A DNA stretch of 63,696 nt, the filler included, from Ministeria vibrans ATCC 50519 (lineage: Eukaryota; Protista; Filasterea), in assembly GCA_943704425.1 (NCBI GenBank). It is 11 parts of 11 records of this genome, joined end to end, with 100 filler letters (N's around TTAATTAATTAA, not from the genome) between each part and the next. Parts side by side here need not be neighbours in the genome. Positions count along the whole stretch, not along the records: positions 36,892 to 44,360 come from CALSCP010002480.1; positions 44,461 to 46,153 come from CALSCP010001451.1; positions 46,254 to 47,338 come from CALSCP010000829.1; positions 47,439 to 48,649 come from CALSCP010001110.1; positions 48,750 to 51,202 come from CALSCP010001608.1; positions 51,303 to 52,783 come from CALSCP010002651.1; 5 more parts are not named here. One strand, given 5' to 3'. This document shows positions 39,308 through 51,428 of the stretch, piece after piece; within the stretch, counting starts at the first letter, position 1, and each line of letters opens with the position of its first letter. The notes below the pieces were generated by a model. It was not told where the DNA came from and did no database searches. It was given only the letters and a program-made list of their open reading frames with translations. Both the position numbers and the translations under genes were made by a program.

Positions 39308-42148
39308 ATGCGCTTTTGCATAGAAGGCGATTCAATTTTCCCGCCCTGGAACGCTACCTCGTCCAGCTGGTCACGATGTGCGTTTAACGTGATGCACCTT
39401 GCCACGTTGTCTGCTACACTAATCGTCTTGTCTCTTGTGCGTCGAAAGGTACGCTCCATTGATCGTGCATGTTCACGAATGTCTCTTGTTGACATGTTCT
39501 CTCTCCTCTCTCAGACTTCCTACGAGAAACACCCGAAAAATCCATCAATCCAGGCTGCGCTAGAGCGCGTACAAAGGGCATCGCGATGGTCTCTTGTTGC
39601 ACTGGCCCTTGTCACGTTTACGCATCTCTTTGTCGTGTACGGTCTTGGCGAGTTATGCGCCGCACAAGTTCTCAACGACGTCTTGGCGCCGCTCGTCTTC
39701 CTCATCGTGGCTCTCGGGGCCCTCAACGACCCCACGCATCGTGCGGGCCGCTGGATCATGGGCTTCCTCTCGTGGACGGCGCTTGTGCTATGCCTTGTTG
39801 AGCTAGCGGCGCTCGGCAATGCGTCGTTTTCGTCCTCGACCCAACTCGGCGCAGCTCAAGTGTCCCTCTTTGCTCTGCGGCTTCTGCCCTTGCTCTCTCT
39901 CGTCGCTCTCAACAGTGGCCTGGTGCCCTTTGGCATTTTACGACGTGGCACAGCAGCAGCAACAGCGAGTTCCAACGGGTACGCGTCGCTCAACACGACC
40001 GATGCGGATGTTGATCTGGAGGAGGGTGACGCGCCGCCAACGACGCCAAAGAGCAAACCAGCAGACGGTGAGGTGACCAAGAAGCGCACAACGAGTGCCT
40101 TCAACAACTTTTGGAGCAATTTTCGCCGACTGTGGCCCTTTCTGTGGCCCAAGGGACGTCCCGCACTGCAGTTTCGTGTCTTCCTGTGCTTCATTCTGCT
40201 CATCCTTGGGCGTGTCGTCAACCTGTTTGTGCCCGTCTTTTTTGAGCGGGTTGTCAACAGTCTAACGCCTACCAGCACGCATGGAGCGTTGTTTGACGCG
40301 CGCGACCTTGCGCTGTACCTTGTATTGCGCTTTCTTCAAGGCGGCGGATCGGGTCTGATGGGCTTTCTCAACAACGTGCGACAGTTCTTGTGGATTCTCG
40401 TGTCGCAGTACACCACACGCAGCATTTCGCTCGAGGTCTTTGCGCACCTACACTCGCTGTCGCTGCGATGGCACTTGGGCCGCAAGACAGGCGAAGTGCT
40501 GCGCATCGTTGATCGCGGCACGACCAGCGTCAACGGCATGCTGCAGACCTTCCTCTTTAGCATTGTCCCGACATTTGTCGACATTGGCATTGCCGTGGCG
40601 TACTTTGTGACGCGCTTCAACCTGTGGTTTGGTCTCATTGTCCTCTCTACCGCCGCCCTCTACGTCCTCTTTACCATTCTCTGCACTGAGTGGCGCACAC
40701 AGTTTCGTCGTGACATGAACCTGCTGGACAACCGTCAACGCTCGCGTGCCGTCGACTCCCTTCTCGGCTTCGAGACGGTCAAGTACTTTGGTGCAGAGCA
40801 CTACGAGCACTCTCGCTTTGCCGCTGCCATTGATGAGTATCAGCTCATGTCTTGGAAATCCTCTGTATCCCTTAATTTCCTCAACTTTGGTCAGTCCTTT
40901 ATCATCACAGCAGGTAAACAAAATTTGCTCTTGCCAATCGAACCCGCTCATTCTTCTTCCTTTCTTGCTATTTGCTCTTGCTCTTTTTTCTCTATCACTT
41001 TGGTTTTTCTCTCCTTTCTTTCTCTCTCTATCACTTTGTTTCTTCCCCCCCCCCTGTACAACTGTTTCTTTTCCCTTTCTCTCTCTCTCTCTTTATATAT
41101 ATATATATCTCTTTTAGGACTTGCGGGTGGCACGTTTCTGTGTGCGTGGAGTGTTGCTTATGGGAGCTATGATGTCGGTGCCTTTGTGCTCTTCATTACG
41201 TACATGTCGCAGATTTGTGCGCCTCTCAACTACCTTGGCAGTTACTACCGTGTCATTCAGCAGCAGTTGGTTGATTTGGAGAATTTGCATGATTTGCTGG
41301 AGATTGAGCCGGAGATTCGTGACTGTGAAGGAGCAGAGGAATTGGTGAGAGTTACCACTGAGTCGTCTACCGCCTCTTCGTCTGCTGTGGGGGACATTGA
41401 GTTTGATAGCGTGTCGTTCCACTACACTCCGTTGCAGCCTGTGCTGCGCGATGTATCGTTCCGTGTGCCACAGGGACACACTGTGGCACTGGTGGGACAC
41501 ACGGGCAGTGGCAAGTCAAGCATCATTCGACTGCTGTTTCGTTTGTACGAGCCCGTGGCCGGCAACATTCGCATTGGTGGCCGCGACGTGCGTGAGCTCA
41601 CGCAACAGTCTCTGCGCAGTGCCATGGGTGTGGTACCGCAGGACACGGTGCTCTTCAACGACACTATCCGCTTTAACATCCGCTACGGACGTCCCACTGC
41701 CACCGATGCGGAGGTCGAGGCAGCCGCCCAGGCCGCCTCGATCCACTCAAGTATCATGGAACGGTTTCCCGAGCAGTATGACACGAAAGTGGGCGAGCGG
41801 GGACTGCGGTTGAGTGGCGGTGAGGTGCAACGGGTTGCCATTGCGCGCACCATGCTCAAAGGTGCTCCCATTGTGCTCCTGGACGAGGCCACGTCGGCAC
41901 TCGACTCACTGACGGAACGCGAAATCCAACAGTCACTCACATCGGTCACCAACAACAAAACAACCGTCGTGGTGGCACATCGCCTGTCGACTATCATGCA
42001 CGCCAACGAGATCTTTGTGTTGCACGAAGGACGTATCCACGAACGCGGCACACACGCTGTCCTGCTCTCCCTTGGCGGCCTCTACGCCGACATGTGGAGA
42101 CAGCAGAAGGAGGAGGTCGAGGTCGAGACGGACGCTGTAGAAAAATAG
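39308..42148 (+). CDS. ABCB6/HMT1-like half ABC transporter
   Basis: LWPFLWPK, HLHSLSLRWHLGRKTGEV, ETVKYF, GHTGSGKS, VPQDTVLFN, LSGGE and LLDEATSALD, with an extra N-terminal membrane domain. Confidence 0.93.
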   Translation: MRFCIEGDSIFPPWNATSSSWSRCAFNVMHLATLSATLIVLSLVRRKVRSIDRACSRMSLVDMFSLLSQTSYEKHPKNPSIQAALERVQRASRWSLVALALVTFTHLFVVYGLGELCAAQVLNDVLAPLVFLIVALGALNDPTHRAGRWIMGFLSWTALVLCLVELAALGNASFSSSTQLGAAQVSLFALRLLPLLSLVALNSGLVPFGILRRGTAAATASSNGYASLNTTDADVDLEEGDAPPTTPKSKPADGEVTKKRTTSAFNNFWSNFRRLWPFLWPKGRPALQFRVFLCFILLILGRVVNLFVPVFFERVVNSLTPTSTHGALFDARDLALYLVLRFLQGGGSGLMGFLNNVRQFLWILVSQYTTRSISLEVFAHLHSLSLRWHLGRKTGEVLRIVDRGTTSVNGMLQTFLFSIVPTFVDIGIAVAYFVTRFNLWFGLIVLSTAALYVLFTILCTEWRTQFRRDMNLLDNRQRSRAVDSLLGFETVKYFGAEHYEHSRFAAAIDEYQLMSWKSSVSLNFLNFGQSFIITAGKQNLLLPIEPAHSSSFLAICSCSFFSITLVFLSFLSLSITLFLPPPLYNCFFSLSLSLSLYIYISLLGLAGGTFLCAWSVAYGSYDVGAFVLFITYMSQICAPLNYLGSYYRVIQQQLVDLENLHDLLEIEPEIRDCEGAEELVRVTTESSTASSSAVGDIEFDSVSFHYTPLQPVLRDVSFRVPQGHTVALVGHTGSGKSSIIRLLFRLYEPVAGNIRIGGRDVRELTQQSLRSAMGVVPQDTVLFNDTIRFNIRYGRPTATDAEVEAAAQAASIHSSIMERFPEQYDTKVGERGLRLSGGEVQRVAIARTMLKGAPIVLLDEATSALDSLTEREIQQSLTSVTNNKTTVVVAHRLSTIMHANEIFVLHEGRIHERGTHAVLLSLGGLYADMWRQQKEEVEVETDAVEK

Positions 42149-42295
42149 TCGTGTAAAAGTATTTGTTCTTCTCGATTTCACGTAACGCAAAAACCCCATT
42201 CTCCATAAAGAAAGGCGATAGATCGAATGATGATAAGTATATTTATTATTATGAGTTCGTAAACTTTTATTGACAGTCCAGACTGCATGTAGTAC

Positions 42296-42790
42296 GTGAA
42301 ACGTACTCACACTGACAGTAGTTCAGACAGCACAATACATAAGTGCCTTCACACTGACAGTCAAGAGACGAAACGTACACACAATGACAGTCGAGGCATC
42401 ACAAGACATGAAACGTACTTAAATGCACAAGACATAAAACGTACGCACATTGAAATCGAAAGCTCAAGACAGGAAACGCTCTCAAATACACAAAACATGA
42501 AACGTATGCACATCCGAAGTCGAGACAGCACAAAAATGAACTCGCATGCACAAGACATGAAACGTACTCACATTGAAGTCGAGACAGCTCAAGAGAGGAA
42601 ACGCTCTCAAATACACAAAAACATGAAACGTACGCACATCCAAATGGAGATTTCACAACACCGGAAACAAACTCAAACTAAAAGTCCAGACATGAAACAT
42701 ATTTACTTATAATGAGAGTCCAAACCAACATGAAATGCATTCACAATGTCAGCTCAGTTTAGACGACAGAACAAGACATGAGTGGTATCC
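42296..42790. repeat. Degenerate minisatellite (core ACAAGACATGAAACGTAC) with an approximately 124-bp higher-order duplication
   Basis: The core recurs about 10 times; the blocks starting near 42423 and 42547 are near-identical. Confidence 0.8.
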
Positions 42791-43269
42791 ACACTGCAAC
42801 ACTACATGAATGTATTTACACTACTGCACAAGACTCACTCTTGCAAGACACTGACACAGCAACAGTTCACACAGTGACCCATTTTTAACACTGAAACTGC
42901 CAGTCTACACAGCACTGGACATGACACGAACATCACACAGATTATCGGCCTAACTACAACTAACACGCACACTGGATCATGGACACGAAGTGGAGTACAG
43001 AACGACAGGTTAACTATAGCAACACAAGACGAGACATTGTCAACACAACAACAGTCACTGGAAAGGGAGAGTCACAAGCACTAAAAGAAAAGCGAAACAA
43101 ACAAGCAACAAAAAGCATCATAATCATCATCAATAACAAAGAACAAACAGCTGATAAAAAAATGAATAGTTGCACAAATGTAAACCAACAGAAGAAATGG
43201 ACAACAAAAGAGAACAGACAAAGAGAGAGAGAGAGAGATCCTGACCACTGTGCATCAGTGCAGTTTGGT

Positions 43270-43313
<44 letters not shown>

Positions 43314-43314
43314 C

Positions 43315-44215
43315 TCAGTAGGGACGACCCTGATCGCGGGGGCGCTTGAGCTGCACCTTGAGTCTCTTTTGGCCAATCTGGAATCCATTCATGGCCTGAA
43401 TCGCATTGGCTGCTGAGGTGTTGTTGTCGTAGCTCACAAACCCTATATAAAAAAGATGTTATCCACTACCCTCTTTATCAAACAATGTACCGAAGCACTT
43501 GCTCTGGCCCGTCATCTTGTCAATGAAGATTTTGCTGCTAATGACATTGCCAAAGGGCGCAAAGGTCGCCGCGAGATCATTGTCGTTGAACTCGGCCGGA
43601 ACGTGGTAGATGAACAGGTTGCAGCCGTCGGGGCCACCCGATGCAGCAGCCTATTATGTATGTAGGACGTCAGTCAGTGGATTAAGCAAATTTAAATGAG
43701 TGGAGGGGGTGGGGTTGGGTACCGTCTTTTGTTGTTGCTGCTGAGCGCCTGCGAGCTGCTGTGCGTTGTAGGGGGTGACTGGGGCACCCTGGTAGGCGGC
43801 GGTCGGAGCATACGGATGCATGGGAGCAGCCGAAGCAGCACCCGTGTACTGCGCAGGATCGGTCCATGCGCCTGCGGCCACACCAGTTGCGGTACCACCG
43901 GCCGCCTGCAACTGCTGAGGGTTGGCGCCCATGTACCCTTGCGGCGCGTACCCGCCCATGCCAGCACCATAACCCATACCCATGCCATAGTTCATGTTAA
44001 ATCCTCCAGCCATGCCTGGCCGTCCCATCAGCGGCATTTGGTGCTGCGGCTGCATCAGCTGCTGTCCCATTCGCTTTGCATTCTTCTCGCGCTCCGTCTC
44101 GGCAAACTTGACAATCATTGGCGACGTGCATCCCTCGAGCGTCATGCGCTGGTGCATGGCCGCAATGGCTGCAGTGGCGCTCGAGGCTGCTGCAAACTTG
44201 ACAAAGGCACACCCT
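43315..44215 (-). CDS. CELF/Bruno-family RNA-binding protein, 3' part
   Basis: End of RRM2 ([15 protein letters not shown]), Gln/Gly/Ala-rich linker, and RRM3 from [13 protein letters not shown] to [17 protein letters not shown]. Confidence 0.9.
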
Positions 44216-44253
44216 ACAAACAGATGAGCATTATTATTATATTATTAAATGTA

Positions 44254-44360
<107 letters not shown>

Positions 44361-44460
44361 NNNNNNNNNNNNNNNNNNNNNNNNNNNNNNNNNNNNNNNN
44401 NNNNTTAATTAATTAANNNNNNNNNNNNNNNNNNNNNNNNNNNNNNNNNNNNNNNNNNNN

Positions 44461-45460
44461 CGACTGCCAATCATTTGATAGCGCGTGTTTCCAGCATTCA
44501 GACTGTGGCCGAGTCTCTCGAGAGAAGATGTTAACAATGCAAGCGAGAAGTCGACGGAGAATTGATAAACTTACCTGAATGTGAAAGAGGTAGAGGCCAA
44601 TAATGGCGGCAAGAAAGACACCGGCGGCCTGGAAAGGCAGTAGACCCGACTTGTAGACGGAGATCCAGTAGACAATGAACCAGATGTTCTCAACGGCTGT
44701 CGAGAGGAAGCGCTGAACAATGGCGAAGTAAAGAATGGGCGTGGTCGACACGAGTGTAAATTTTCCGTAGATGAGGGAGTAGCCGATGCGTTGCCAGCGT
44801 GAAGCCTTGTTGAACTGCTCAAGCGACCAAGGTGCCGTCTGCGAGTATTGCTTCTTGTCGTCGTTGTTGCTCACGCGGTGGTGGTAGTCATGACCGCCCT
44901 TCCAGCCCGAGTAGGGCGTGATCAGCTGTGCCGAAGTGATCCAGCAGTACATCTTGTTTGCAAACGTGCTCGGAAAGAAGCTGTTGTGCGCACAGTCGTG
45001 GAAAAGCATGAATAACCTGCAAAGATTGTTATATTTTTGTTGTTTAAAACCCATGGTCAAGGAACCAAACAACAGACACACACACACACACATACACACA
45101 CACGCACGCGCGTACGCCGGCAACATGGTCTAAAAGGTACAAGATGCATTGACAAGACAATAAAAAAGTGTACCTCAGCTCGAAGAGTCCGCAGAAGGCA
45201 GCCAACAAAAACCACACGGCGGTCGCCATGGATGCACTGCTCACGTATTCTTGAACGTGCATGCTAGCGTAGTTGCACAGGAGCCACCCGACATAGGTGG
45301 GCAGCATTGCGGCAATCGCCATGCCCCAGTCGGCCTTGGCGAACGACGCAATGTGGTTGTACACCTTCGTCTTGTACTCTTCGCTGTACTTTCCAACGCA
45401 GCTAAAGACACAGGAGAGAGAACAATGAGAACGATACCTTGAGGCAGATACTATAATGAG
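44461..45460 (-). CDS. Membrane fatty acid desaturase, partial
   Basis: His boxes FHDCAHNSFF and HDYHH, and LYLFHIQ before a donor site. Confidence 0.85.
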
Positions 45461-46253
45461 GGTGGATGCCAGAACACCAACCGTTGCACAACAAATAGGG
45501 TGCGCGAAAAAACGTCGAATAATAATAAAAAAAAAAGTCGCACTGGAAGAGGTAGAAGAGGTGTATGATGAGTGACGCAAGAGAAATGCATTTGGAACAT
45601 GGCATTCACTCGGCCAAAGTGGACGGGGTGCGCCAGGAAGAGCAGGGATGCAGGAATAAGCAGAAAACGTGATATGGGGCGTTGGGGCTTGCAAGATCAT
45701 CCCGATTCAGCACACAAGTCGAGTCGCGAGTGAAATATACGGTCAATACGTGCGTACGTATGCACTTGACACACGGCGTGCGGTGCGTGAGCATGTGTGG
45801 GCCGTTGGAAGGTGTGGGGTGAGTAGGAATGCACGTGTTGGGGAAACACACTACTCCCACACGCCCCAGTCGCATGCAGACGCAGCCACAGTAGTCAGTG
45901 GGTTGTGTGCGTGGATAATGCGATAAAACGGAGGTACAATTCCAACTTGCAGCGGAAAGAGAGAGACAAATGGTCGACTTTTTTTTGTTTTTTTTTTTCA
46001 TAATCGGTCGTTTGTCCTTACTAGGCCTTTTCCTCTTCGGAAAATGTCTCTGGATTTTGCTTCACCATCGTATTCGCAACAGGTAAGACGAGAAAACGAA
46101 GTGAATTTAATTATTAATACTTATTTTTGATTTCTTCAATCTTCATTAATAATNNNNNNNNNNNNNNNNNNNNNNNNNNNNNNNNNNNNNNNNNNNNTTA
46201 ATTAATTAANNNNNNNNNNNNNNNNNNNNNNNNNNNNNNNNNNNNNNNNNNNN

Positions 46254-46828
46254 CTTCGTTGTCCTTGATGTCGTTGTCTTCTTCTCCGTCGCCATCGTTT
46301 GGACCTTCGTCATGGTCGTCGATGGGAACGTGATCGTTATCAGGAGAGCCTATTTAAGTTTTGAAGGGAGAGAACGAAGAGAGAACGAAGAGAGAGAAAG
46401 AAGAGAAGAGAAGAGAGAGAGAAAGAAACAAAGTGAGAGAGAGAGAAAGAAAGAAACCAAGTGATAGAGAAAGAAACAAAGTAAAACAAAGTGATAGGGT
46501 GAGAACAAGTGTAAGCTTGAGGGCAAACTTACCACAATCACAATTTTGAATATCACGCTGAATGCAGTCGACGGCCTCGGCAACGGTGACGTGAAAACGG
46601 GCCCGACCAAGGAAGGAAACGATGCCGTAGCGAGTAAGAATGGCGCGAACGTCGTTACGGCAGGCAGCAAAGCGTGTGGGGATGTTGCGGGTGCGATAGG
46701 TGCGCAAAACTTCGTCAATCATGCGCGCACCCGTCACGTCTATCACTCCAACGGCCGTCATGTCCAGCACGACGCCTTGAAGAGGTCGCATTTCCCCGTC
46801 GCCCTCTGTCTCGTTCAGCGACGATACC
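46254..46828 (-). CDS. STAS domain of an SLC26/SulP anion transporter, partial
   Basis: VVLDMTAVGVIDVTGARMI...FAAC...VRAIL...FHVTVAEAV. Confidence 0.8.
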
Positions 46829-47178
46829 TGAACGACAACAAAAAATGAGACACGCATCTCTTCTCTCTCTCCATCACAGCATCTCCTTAGCTAATGTTGC
46901 AAATCTCTCCCCGTAACATCTCCCCCTCTCGACATTACATTGTGGTATTTCCACTCTCGACTTGCTCTGCCGGTAATATATATATCCCCATCACGTTCTC
47001 TCTCTCTATCACTTGATTCCTTCTCCCTCCTCTCTCTATCACTTTGTTTCTTTCTCAGCTCTCTCCCTCACTTTGCTTCTTTCTCCCTCCTCTCTCTATT
47101 ACTTTGTTTCTTTCTCCCTCCTCTCTCTCTCTATCACTTTGTTTCTCTCTCTCTATCACTTTGTTTCTCTCTATCACT

Positions 47179-47276
<98 letters not shown>

Positions 47277-47502
47277 CGCTCGCTCGCTTTCGTTTTACGG
47301 TTGATTGGGCTCGATTGCGGTCGGAGAGTAGACTAACANNNNNNNNNNNNNNNNNNNNNNNNNNNNNNNNNNNNNNNNNNNNTTAATTAATTAANNNNNN
47401 NNNNNNNNNNNNNNNNNNNNNNNNNNNNNNNNNNNNNNTTTTTTTTTTTTTTTTTTTTTTTTTTTTTCTACTTATTTTTCTCAATTCCTCTCTTCGCTGC
47501 AG

Positions 47503-48492
47503 TCATGGACGAACAGCAGGAACGTGTGTAGGTCAAGGGGAGCGAAGCTTGTGCAAATTTCGTCGGATGCTGAAAACGACTTTGTCACATCAACATTCAA
47601 TGGACTGAGCAACAACTTTTGGCTGGGGCTCACGGACGAGGGCTTTGAAGGCTCCTTCGGCTGGGCCGACGGTGCCACGTCAACTGGCTATCTGAATTGG
47701 GCGTGTGGTATGTGGAAGCGGCCGAGTCCGTACGGCTGACGTCTCCTCTGTGTCTCATGTAGGCGAACCGAACAACATCAACAATGAAGACTGCGTTCAC
47801 ACGAGCGCCGCTGGCAACTGGAACGACGCCACCTGTGCCAACCATCGTGGAGCCCTCTGCGAGATCAACCTGCCAGCGTCTGCACCGGCGTGTGCGTCGA
47901 CGTCAGCGAATCCTTGCCTCAATGGCGGCACTTGTCAGTATGTCAGCTACGAAGTTGCTCAATGCGCCTGTGCGCCAGGTCAGATATCAGCTCAAGAGAG
48001 ATGCAATGGACACTACTTGACGACTTTTTTTTTTTGGTATTTTTCCTTCTCGTAGGGTACACGGGACGGCTGTGCGAGGGTCGCTTGTGCCTCCCCGACG
48101 AGATAATCTACGGCTCTTCGTGCCTCTACTACTCTGCACAAGCGACCACGCAGGCGGTGGCACAGGCTGTCTGCGAGACTCGCGACGCCAATCTCATCTC
48201 CATCACCTCGTGGGACATGCAGGCGTTTGTCTTTCACAACCTCTACGCACCCGGTCTAGTCGCTTTCACACCCGCATCCGCGACCGAACCATGGATCGGT
48301 GCGCGCCGCATCACCGACGGCTCATACCAATGGGCTGACGGTTCTTCGCTTGCCTTCACAAACGCCTTCCGTTCGGGGTCCCTTCCGTCCACCGCTGCTA
48401 CCTCTTGCGTGACCATGGCCGGTTTCAATGGTCGTTGGTTACCCACACAATGCGAAATGCTACGCTTCAGTATCTGCCAAAGAATCCCACAG
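47503..48492 (+). CDS. C-type lectin - EGF - C-type lectin extracellular protein, partial
   Basis: FWLGL...WADG...GEPNN...EDC...WND..C; EGF NPCLNGGTC...CAPGYTGRLCE; second CTLD with WIG. Confidence 0.88.
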
Positions 48493-48542
48493 GTATTGTT
48501 AATACTACGACGATTGATAATAATAATAATAATGAATAATAA

Positions 48543-48649
<107 letters not shown>

Positions 48650-48749
48650 NNNNNNNNNNNNNNNNNNNNNNNNNNNNNNNNNNNNNNNNNNNNTTAATTA
48701 ATTAANNNNNNNNNNNNNNNNNNNNNNNNNNNNNNNNNNNNNNNNNNNN

Positions 48750-48809
<60 letters not shown>

Positions 48810-48829
48810 TCGAGAGAAGGGGTTTCGTA

Positions 48830-49068
48830 CGTCCGCTTGAATCCTTCTTGTGCTGCGATGCTGCAAAGAATTCGGATGCTTGCTTCGAGAGGGAACTTCT
48901 AGAATCTAAAGGGCACCCACTGAGAACAACGCGCAGGCGTGGCGGTGGGCAGAGGGGGGAGTGCAAACCTCGAATAAAGTCATCGGCAGTCCTCAAGGAC
49001 GACAGGCCTCGCTGAATCTCTCGAGGCATAGGCTCAGCAGCCTCAAGGTAGTCATCGAGGTACAGCAT
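48830..49068 (-). CDS. ING (inhibitor of growth) family N-terminus, partial
   Basis: MLYLDDYLEAAEPMPREIQRGLSSLRTAD matches the ING N-terminal coiled coil. Confidence 0.7.
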
Positions 49069-49443
49069 CCTTCAAAAACCAATACAATAATAATAATAAT
49101 ATTAATTTTGCTTAATTGATCTTCGCCGGAAATGAAAGTGGAAATGTGTATATCTTCGTACCTCTCTCCGAATCCCTCCAACTCTTCGTTCACTTGTTGC
49201 GAGAGCGTATCTGTGGGTCAATCATCTATGGGTGCTCCATATTCTTGGGGCTAACTTATGGCAGAAGCGCTGTATTACTCTTCATTGTATTGTACTTTCA
49301 TCTTCCTGAGTAAACCTTTCAGTCTTCATTTATTCCTATGAAATCTTTTTGAAAAAAAAACCGTTTTTATATCTTTTTCTCTCTTTCTATTTCTCTCTAT
49401 AGTTCACTCAAAAAAAAGAGGGGGGGAACAAAAAAAAAAGGCT

Positions 49444-50229
49444 CTATTCCTCAATGTTGCGCTCCTTCTCAATGACACGAGCAGTGAGAGCGCGAATGGA
49501 GGTCTCAAGGGAACTGAGCTGGTCGTTGATGTCGCCGGCGGTCTGCTGCAGCGACAAAGCACGCTTAATGGGGAACACGCCAGGGTCTTTCTCGACAATC
49601 ATCTAGGCAAGTGCACAAGCGTTGAGTCAGTGCACAATTCATTCTCACTCTATCACTCTCTCTCCGTTGTTGTTCTAACCTTCTCGTAGAGGTACGTCTC
49701 GTAGAATGTCAGTTCAGTGCCATCTTTCTCCGACACATAGTTCATGTAGTAGACTATGAAGAATCTCAAAAGTCAGACACACTTCACATTCTCTCATTGA
49801 TTGTCATACAGTAGTGCCACATGTTGTGCTCCTTGCGGAAATGCCGTCGGAATCCATCGACACCGGTCCGCTCAAACTCGTGCGAAGGAATCGAGCAAAT
49901 GAAGCAGGATCCACGAATCTTAGAGAAGACAGATCACAAAACAAGTCAGGTTAGTTGGCTTTGCACGGTACGCCAGCCAAACAATTGCAGTGCTTTGTAC
50001 CTCTTCCATGATACGTGTGCGCTCGTCTCGCAACTGCGAAAACGTATCCAAAATGATACCCAAAATCAAGTTAAACCAAATAATGGTAATGAGGAAGAAG
50101 AAACCCAAGTCAAAGATGATACGCCAGCCATCGCCACTCCACGTGAAGTTAGTCTTCATGCCAATCGCACCACCAAGACCCAGATCATTACGCAGACCCT
50201 AAAGAAGTAATAGAGAAGAAAGAGAGAAA

Positions 50230-50308
<79 letters not shown>

Positions 50309-51190
50309 AGTGATAGAGAGAGAGAGAAACAAAGTGACACAAAGTGATACAAAGTGATATTCAGTAATTGAGAAAAGAACAAAAACAAATTGTTTGCGCG
50401 TGATGCTTACTTGACTTAGACCAGTAAGGAAGCAGTGCCACAGTGTGTCACAAATAACCTCCCACTCAGGATCGTTCGCACCGTACTCACCACGCAGCAA
50501 AGCAAAACCAAACACACCTAAAAACAAAAGCAGGAGCAGCCACAAACACATTTCGAGAGTCAGTCACATAAAACTATTAGTACAGCTTGAAAGTTCTTAC
50601 TGAAAATGTAGACGACAATGATACCCAACAGGAACACGGCAAGGAGTGTGTCGCGATTCTTGGTGACAGACATCAGCGCACGTTGCATCTGATCGTTTCC
50701 AATGACAATGTGTAGCAGATGGATGCAGAAGAAGTAGCCCCAGAAGATGGTACCAAGCACAGAGAGCACCACTAGCATAATGTGATAGTAGCTGCGACTG
50801 GTAAAGAATAACACATGCGAAAAGGCATCCTGTTGATGGATATAGTATTCTATGCCCACGAGAATAGAGAGCACGGTGTGGATGGACCCCAGAATGATCA
50901 GAGTCAGGTCAAACCAAGGCGACGTTACAGGACGGATTTGCCTATGAAAAACAAAAATAACAAAAAGGTCGTGAGCAAGACAAAAAAACTATTGAGTTAT
51001 CATTGAACAGTACGTCATGTCAGGGGCACCCTTCCAGTCAACGAGCATGCAAATGTTGATGGTGAGAGTAAGCAACAGGTAGACAATTTTGAGCCAATTG
51101 CGTGGCTGTGTCACTCTGTCGTAGAAGCGACCAACGGCCGTCGCCTCGAGTGTTCGCGTGTACTTCAAATCCTTGCGCACGCCCTCAGAC
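49444..51190 (-). CDS. IP3-receptor/RyR-type Ca2+ channel, C-terminal channel part
   Basis: CDTLWHCF, RIIFDLGFFFLITII, GIILDTFSQLRDE, CFICSI, HFRKEHNMWHY and FPIKRALSL. Confidence 0.9.
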
Positions 51191-51428
51191 TATACAAAAA
51201 AANNNNNNNNNNNNNNNNNNNNNNNNNNNNNNNNNNNNNNNNNNNNTTAATTAATTAANNNNNNNNNNNNNNNNNNNNNNNNNNNNNNNNNNNNNNNNNN
51301 NNTTTTTTTTTTTTTTTTGTGTCATTTGATTGTGTGAGTCGCGTCTGACTTCTCACGTCTGGATACATCCTACAATCCAACGACCCGGTGACTTCCCTCT
51401 CTGTTGCGCCACTTGCGTGTGTCGTCGT

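Noticed and set aside
42296-42790. Possible CRISPR array or repeat-protein ORF (MKRTH repeats)
   Set aside because: Spacing is irregular, the spacers are themselves duplicated, and indels between copies are not multiples of three. It is a non-coding minisatellite.
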